DNA of 63,822 bases, counting the filler, from Olpidium bornovanus S191 (lineage: Eukaryota; Fungi; Olpidiomycota), in NCBI GenBank assembly GCA_017911155.1. It is 27 parts of 27 records of this genome, joined end to end, with 100 filler letters (N's around TTAATTAATTAA, not from the genome) between each part and the next. Parts side by side here need not be neighbours in the genome. Positions count along the whole stretch, not along the records: positions 56,278 to 59,129 come from JAEFCI010006042.1; positions 59,230 to 60,430 come from JAEFCI010004151.1; positions 60,531 to 62,427 come from JAEFCI010011059.1; positions 62,528 to 63,822 come from JAEFCI010010934.1; 23 more parts are not named here. The stretch is one strand, 5' to 3'. Position 1 is the first letter of the stretch. The number at the start of each line of letters is the position of its first letter. Positions 58,335-63,822 of the stretch are shown one piece after another. The position numbers were made by a program, and so were the translations under genes. The notes under the pieces are model-generated. The model did no database searches, was not told the DNA's origin, and saw only the letters and a program-made list of their open reading frames with translations.

Positions 58335-59914
58335 TCCCGCCGGACGCCAAACGCGTGAGAAACGCGTGAGCCGCAAGCATCCAGCACCCCTTCCCCCCCC
58401 CCAACCCTCCATCGTTTTGCGCACTTCACAAGAATATACCTTATCTGCAAAGAACCTTGAATCCCCCTCCCCCCCCCTTCCCCCTTTTATTTTTTTTTTT
58501 GTACGATCACCATCTTCCCCGTGCCGTCTTAGCTCGCACGTTTATCCCCGACTTCGTTTTTTGGCAAAATTTCTCTCCGATCCGCGTCGAATCCTGGCTA
58601 CCGCTTCGCTCCTTACGTAGAGAAACAAAACGTTTTTGCTCGTTTACTGTGCGCCGATTTTCCCGCGCCCGCCCCCCCCCCCCTCCCCCCCGCGTCGACG
58701 CGCAGCGCGCCAAGGGTGCGCGCGAGAGACCAGCGAGAGAGAGACGGGGGGTTATTTTCTCCCTGCGGACAACCCCCCCGGGGGGCCGGGGGGGGCCCTT
58801 GCGCGGGCTTGTTTTCGCGCCCCTTTTTCTGCAGCTCTGGTAGAACGGGGAAACTTCCCTCGTGCGCGCAAGTTTTCAACTTCCTTCCCCGTTGCGCCCG
58901 TCCCCGTTTTTCTGTTTCTCATCCTGCTCTTTTCTCTTCGACAGCCCCTCACACGCTGCCTTTTCCCGTTTCGCCAGGCCCATGCTTTGACGACTCTTAC
59001 GAGATTCATCCGCTATATATTCTTCCCAACCCAGAAAGGATAGATAGTCCTTGAGCGGCTCGGGCTCAGGCCGAGTTCGAGTGGCGGAAGGAGGAAGGAG
59101 GGGGTGGGGGGGGGGGGGGAAAAAAAGGANNNNNNNNNNNNNNNNNNNNNNNNNNNNNNNNNNNNNNNNNNNNTTAATTAATTAANNNNNNNNNNNNNNN
59201 NNNNNNNNNNNNNNNNNNNNNNNNNNNNNATTTACAGGGGCTTGGGACCCTTCCCGGCCGGAAGAAAAACCGCCCCGGCGCGGGAGCTGCATTAAAAATG
59301 TGGCCCTGGGTTGCGCGCTTCATTTGCACCGTAAGGGACGGATCGGGTGGCCAGCCCTTGCCGTTAACTTCCCCACGGCGCTCGGCGCAAAAATTTGAAA
59401 AAGATCAAACCCACCGGCATTTGCAGATCAGACTCGACCGGCGAGAACGGGTCTGCGCGGCCTTATGAGAAAGATCTAGAACGGCAACCCAGGTAAACGT
59501 TCTGAGCAAAATTGCCGGCTTTTTTCGGGTTTGGCCGAACTGGCGCCGGGCCTCTGCTGCCTGGCGAATTGCCAGGACGGCATCGGCAGGACCCCTCAGA
59601 CAAGTCACGGGGGGGTCCCTCTCCGACTCCGTCGACGGGGAGCCCACGAAAAACAACTCAGGTTCAAGTGTCAGTAATTTATTCTCCACACATTCTGTTT
59701 GCCCTCACCCCCCCCCTCCCCCCTCTCCCCGTCGAGCAAAAATTCGGAAGTTCGGAATCTGATGCCGGAGCTGTCGCTATCTCGAAAAACGTTGGCTTGC
59801 GCCCCTTTCTGCGCATCGCGATCAGCGCCTGCTGTTGGACTTGGGTCTTGGCGCTGGTTGCGGGCACTGGATGCGACGTTTGTCCGCACGGTGGATTTTG
59901 GTTTGACACGGAAT

Positions 59915-60390
59915 CAGCACGGTATTCAGCCCAATCCGGCGTACTGCGAACATCAGCCGGAAATGACCGAAAAAAAGAGGGACGTGTTTGTGGACTAGAT
60001 GATCGAGGTCCACCAGAGTTTAGACATGATCCCCGCGACGCTGTACTTGGTGACGCATTTCCTGAACTGCTTCCTGTCCCTCCTGCAAGTGTCGAACTCC
60101 ATGCTGAAACCGCCGCCGCCATCACTGCTTTCTTCATCGCCCGCAAAGATGGAGGAGATCGACCGGCCTTGGGATCGGCCAGTTCACCTTCATGGCGGGC
60201 AGCTACTGTCGTCAAAGGAGGACATCCGCAAGGCCGAGCGCTACATGCTAAAAGCGCCGAACTTCGGGGTATTATGCGCAAACCCGATGCACTTCCTTCA
60301 GCAAAACTCCATGTACCTTATCTGATACACGCATATGATTTCGCCTGCCATCCACACCCCACTCCACAGTCAAAAAAAGAACCAAGGAAA
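59915..60390 (+). pseudogene. B-type cyclin pseudogene (cyclin box)
   Basis: PNPAY...QPEM...VD*MIEVH...PATLYL...FLS...ITAFFIA/AKMEEI...EDIRKAERYML...NPMHFL; W>TAG at 59996 plus at least two frameshifts. Confidence 0.8.
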
Positions 60391-60530
60391 AAAGGTACTT
60401 AGCTTGCCATCCTGTGTCCGCAGCGAGGTCNNNNNNNNNNNNNNNNNNNNNNNNNNNNNNNNNNNNNNNNNNNNTTAATTAATTAANNNNNNNNNNNNNN
60501 NNNNNNNNNNNNNNNNNNNNNNNNNNNNNN

Positions 60531-61595
60531 CGTCGCCGAGTTTGACAAGAAGTGGTTCGCGCTTGACGTGTTTCTCAAGGCGCTTGTGAGTCTCTTTCGT
60601 TTCGTAATTTACAATGTTGACGGGTTTCAGTGTTGTTGATTGCGACCATCTATGTATGGACAACATTGTTGCGGATGCAGGCTCTTCAGTATCTGACTGG
60701 GTAAAGATCGACAAAACGGATTCGGCAGCTACCGTTTGTGCGCGGCCGTTTGACAGTCGCCTCCGTTCGTCCGTTTCACAGGCACTGGGATTCCTACTTG
60801 GGCCAGACCACAAACTTCGTTGTGTATGATGATCCCCTCGAATCTAATCCGCCGTCCTACTACAAGTTCTACTTCCTGGATCAAGATTTCGAATACACCT
60901 TCGGCATGAGCATGAACGAGTGCTTCAACCCGTACGGCGACAACTTCCCGTACCAGTCTTACAAGACGATCCTGAATCGGAAATGGGCGTGCGATGCGCC
61001 GATCAACCTGGACAAGGAGCACCGCGCGATGATGGACAAGCTGCTGTCTTCGGAGTTCCTGGTCGCCCGGTTCGAGGAAGTGATCACGAAGATCGTCAAG
61101 CACATGTTCAACCCGGTGGCGATGTCGCGCCGCATCGACGCCCTCGCCGAGTGGATCAGGCCGGAGGTGAAATGGGACCGGTCGGTTCCCCGCGTCCACC
61201 CTCCCTACGGGCGCAAGGCCGTCGACTACGCCTGGACGATCGAAGACTTCGACACCGGCCTGGACTCTCCGGTCGCCGACGCCGAGGGGGTGCAGAAGGG
61301 AGGGGCGGCCTGGGGGCTGAAAGGCTTCGTCGCCGCGAGAGCCGGCGCCATGGCTCGCGAGTTTGGTTTTGAGTGGGGCGCAGAACCGCGCGACCCGCCG
61401 GACGCCGGGGCCCCCGTGACGCCGCCCGCCGCCGCGAGGCCGCCGTCCGTCGCTCCGGGCGAGCAGCAGCCGGCCGGGAAGCTCAAACCCCGCAAGAACG
61501 CCGACGGCGTGCCGCAGAGCGCGAGCTGGGCCGCCGCGGCTCCCGACCCGCAGGTCCTCTCGGCCGTGGCAGTCGCCATCGCCGCTTGCATTTGA
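60531..61595 (+). CDS. cotH: CotH-family kinase-like secreted/GPI protein, 5' partial; exons <60531-60585, 60681-60700, 60782-61595
   Basis: FLKALALQYLTGHWDSY...NFVVY...FYFLDQDFEYTFG, RIDALAEWIRPEVKWDR, and a hydrophobic C-terminal tail. Confidence 0.88.
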
Positions 61596-62175
61596 AAGAG
61601 CCCGCGCGTTTCGAACTCACGATACCTCACGGGACGGTAATTTTTCGCCGACTCTCAGCATTTTTTTTTTCGCCTTCGCCGCCAAAACATTTAAATCGGC
61701 CGCACTATAGCCTAGAGTGTTTTCTTTTGCCGGACTTAAAGGCTCGAATCTCTCCACAAATCGTCCGAAGTGCCATGTCATGTAATACGTGTACCAAGGC
61801 TTGACAAACGCACGCGGCAGGCGAAAACGCCACCCCGTTCCTTCTGCACACGCCGCCCCCATCCCCCCCCCTTCCTCACAGCATATTTTTTATAACCCAA
61901 GGAATATCCCGACGGAAGTTTCCCGCGATTCCGAAAGGACGAGATTGCAAGCAGAGAACGCCCCGCGACGCCCCCCGACGACAGTTATGCGGGACGTCCG
62001 GGCGGACACGTGCCCCCCGGGCCCTCGCGGCATCGATCGACCGTCTCAGCTCCATACACCTCGCCGCACAGGGTCTGTTGCGCCGTTGCCATTGCGGAAA
62101 GCGGGTCAAGAGATTTCTTGCCTTACCTTATCTCCCCCCTCCCCGTCCAGCAAGGAAAGATATCTGGCTTTTCTT

Positions 62176-62211
<36 letters not shown>

Positions 62212-62528
62212 TTTTTTTAACCTGGGCCGCCTTTGCCGTCCCGCACGCAGACCACGCGGCGCGCGTAAGTTTTCGGTGGACGTCGGCGGGTACACCATCA
62301 CCTGGCCATGCCGCTCAACCTGGTGCTTACCAGGCATCGTCGTCAAACGGTCGCCATTCGACGCTTTCAAAGAAGAAATTTCCTAACGTGACGGAAATTC
62401 CAAAGTCAAACCCCAACTCGATTTAAANNNNNNNNNNNNNNNNNNNNNNNNNNNNNNNNNNNNNNNNNNNNTTAATTAATTAANNNNNNNNNNNNNNNNN
62501 NNNNNNNNNNNNNNNNNNNNNNNNNNNC

Positions 62529-62686
62529 ATGTCGATGCAGGACATTTCTGCAGTGAGTGGGGGTTCCTTTTGACGAGAACGGTGAATACTGCTGGAAACC
62601 TCGTTACGTCTCCCCACCCCACTTCTTTCCCTCTTCCTTCCTTCCCCTCTCTCAGATTGCAAAGGAATAATCAGGTCCGGCCGCCA

Positions 62687-62719
<33 letters not shown>

Positions 62720-63790
62720 CGTAGGGACCTCGGGAGGAACACCAGGGCGGCAAGCGCGACGCTTGTGACGACGAACTAAATTTGCCGCCACCGCGCGCGT
62801 GCGGACCGCCGTCGGCAACTTCCACGGATGAAAACCGCGTCGCCGACCAGCCGTTATCCGCGGTCGAGACGTCGTCGCGCCCGCGGGGCGCCGGTCACAC
62901 CCGCTACCTGTCCGACCTGAGCGACGAGGAGTACGCCCGTGTCCGCAAGAGCGCGCAAAGCGAGCTGGTCCAGGTGATGAAACAGAACCGCGCGATGAAG
63001 ACGCACAAGCTGCTTTCCCACCTCAGGGAAAACAAGGGGCCCTTCGAAAAAATGCGGTTCTGGGAGCGTTCTGAGAAGAAGGGTGAGGGGGTTTGTCTGC
63101 TTCTTCCTCTTGTTTTTTTATTCTTTATTTTATTTTCGAGCAACCGGGAAAAATTCCTACATCAAATTAGCGTTAAAAAAAATTAACCACCTTCCAATCC
63201 TCCCTCCCTCTTTTCCCCCACGTTCCCTCTCCTCCCGCCCGAACTTTTTTTCCGTTTTGATTTTGCTCGTTTTTTTTTTCCAGCGAAGAACAACGGGCCT
63301 AAAAAAGTGGTCGGGGCGTCGCTTGAAGCGTTGACGGCTGGCAGCGTTTCACCGAATAGCTCGGAATCGCTCGTCCCGGATGTGGTTTTGGAGTGCATGG
63401 ATCTGATACAGGAAACAGGCAAGCGCTATCCTCGTGCAATACCCGCGACAAAGCCGGGGGTGTGGGAGGGGGGACGTGGGAAGGAGGGGGGAAAAAGGCC
63501 TTTGGCGGGCGGCGGGCCAGGGCACGGGGCGAATTCTTTTGACCGGGGAAAGCACGGCGCAGGAATCAACAAACCCGGAATCTTCCGCCTCAACGGAGCG
63601 CAATGCGTGATCAACGCAGTCCAGAAAGAATGGGACGAGGCGGCCGCCGCGGGTGTCCAGACGGACGGAATCTTAACGCGCCACAGCGTCAGCTTCCACG
63701 AGGCCGCGGCTTTATTAAAGCTTATCCTGCGCGAGACGCCGGATTCGCTCTTCACGTTCAGGCTGTACAGGCCCTTCCTGAGCGTTCTCG
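62529..63790 (+). CDS. RhoGAP-domain protein, 3' partial; includes a GC-AG intron at 63419-63562
   Basis: VVGASLE...VPDVVLECMDLIQETGINKPGIFRLNG (arginine finger) and AAALLKLILRETPDSLF. Confidence 0.88.
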
Positions 63791-63822
63791 GTGGGAGACC
63801 CGGGAGGGAGGGAGGGGTGGGG

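Noticed and set aside
6371-62427. CATG much more often at contig starts (16) than ends (3)
   Set aside because: Every complete contig I checked is written in its lexicographically smaller orientation, so the asymmetry is an assembler convention, not strand biology.
6271-62527. Regularly repeated TTAATTAATTAA flanked by N runs
   Set aside because: Six-frame stop linker added in silico between contigs; not a biological repeat or array.
125-63755. Hundreds of long Arg/Pro/Ala/Gly-rich ORFs on both strands (e.g. 12292-13647 minus, 16822-17931 minus, 32260-33072 plus)
   Set aside because: Antisense or off-frame shadows expected in high-GC DNA; no recognisable domains and they overlap well-supported genes.
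1-63822. tRNA, rRNA, snRNA or telomeric arrays
   Set aside because: No cloverleaf, rRNA conserved blocks or tandem TTAGGG seen by eye; tRNAscan-SE/Infernal would be needed to exclude small ncRNAs.

Overview
This is not one continuous locus. It is 27 short contigs (about 1-6 kb each) joined by 26 artificial 100-nt spacers (N44-TTAATTAATTAA-N44), so adjacency across a spacer means nothing and ORFs running into X's are artefacts. The DNA is a GC-rich, intron-rich eukaryotic genome with long homopolymer runs. Manual splicing gives fungal-type genes (Glo3 ArfGAP, ornithine aminotransferase, COG7, UTP7, MPD1/PDI-like, ABCB, KTI12, ERCC1, CFD1, citrate synthase, IAH1, p24, BRR2, SEC9, DIL-domain protein, CotH, RhoGAP, a probable ATP19). 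It also gives motile-cilium-associated genes (FAM183/CFAP144, CFAP43, LEKR1), implying a flagellated (zoosporic) fungus; Olpidium-like is an inference only. Degenerate Ty1/copia and Ty3/gypsy pieces and a decayed B-type cyclin are present. 19 of 52 spacer-adjacent contig ends are exactly CATG, pointing to restriction-based library fragmentation. No rRNA, tRNA or CRISPR was recognised. All family assignments come from remembered motifs, not database searches. I found no clearly novel multi-gene system. The best leads are the head-to-head CFAP43/LEKR1 pair, spliced genes missed by the ORF track, GC-AG introns and purine-rich acceptors, a hairpin minisatellite, the cyclin pseudogene, and a SPIDR-like gene.
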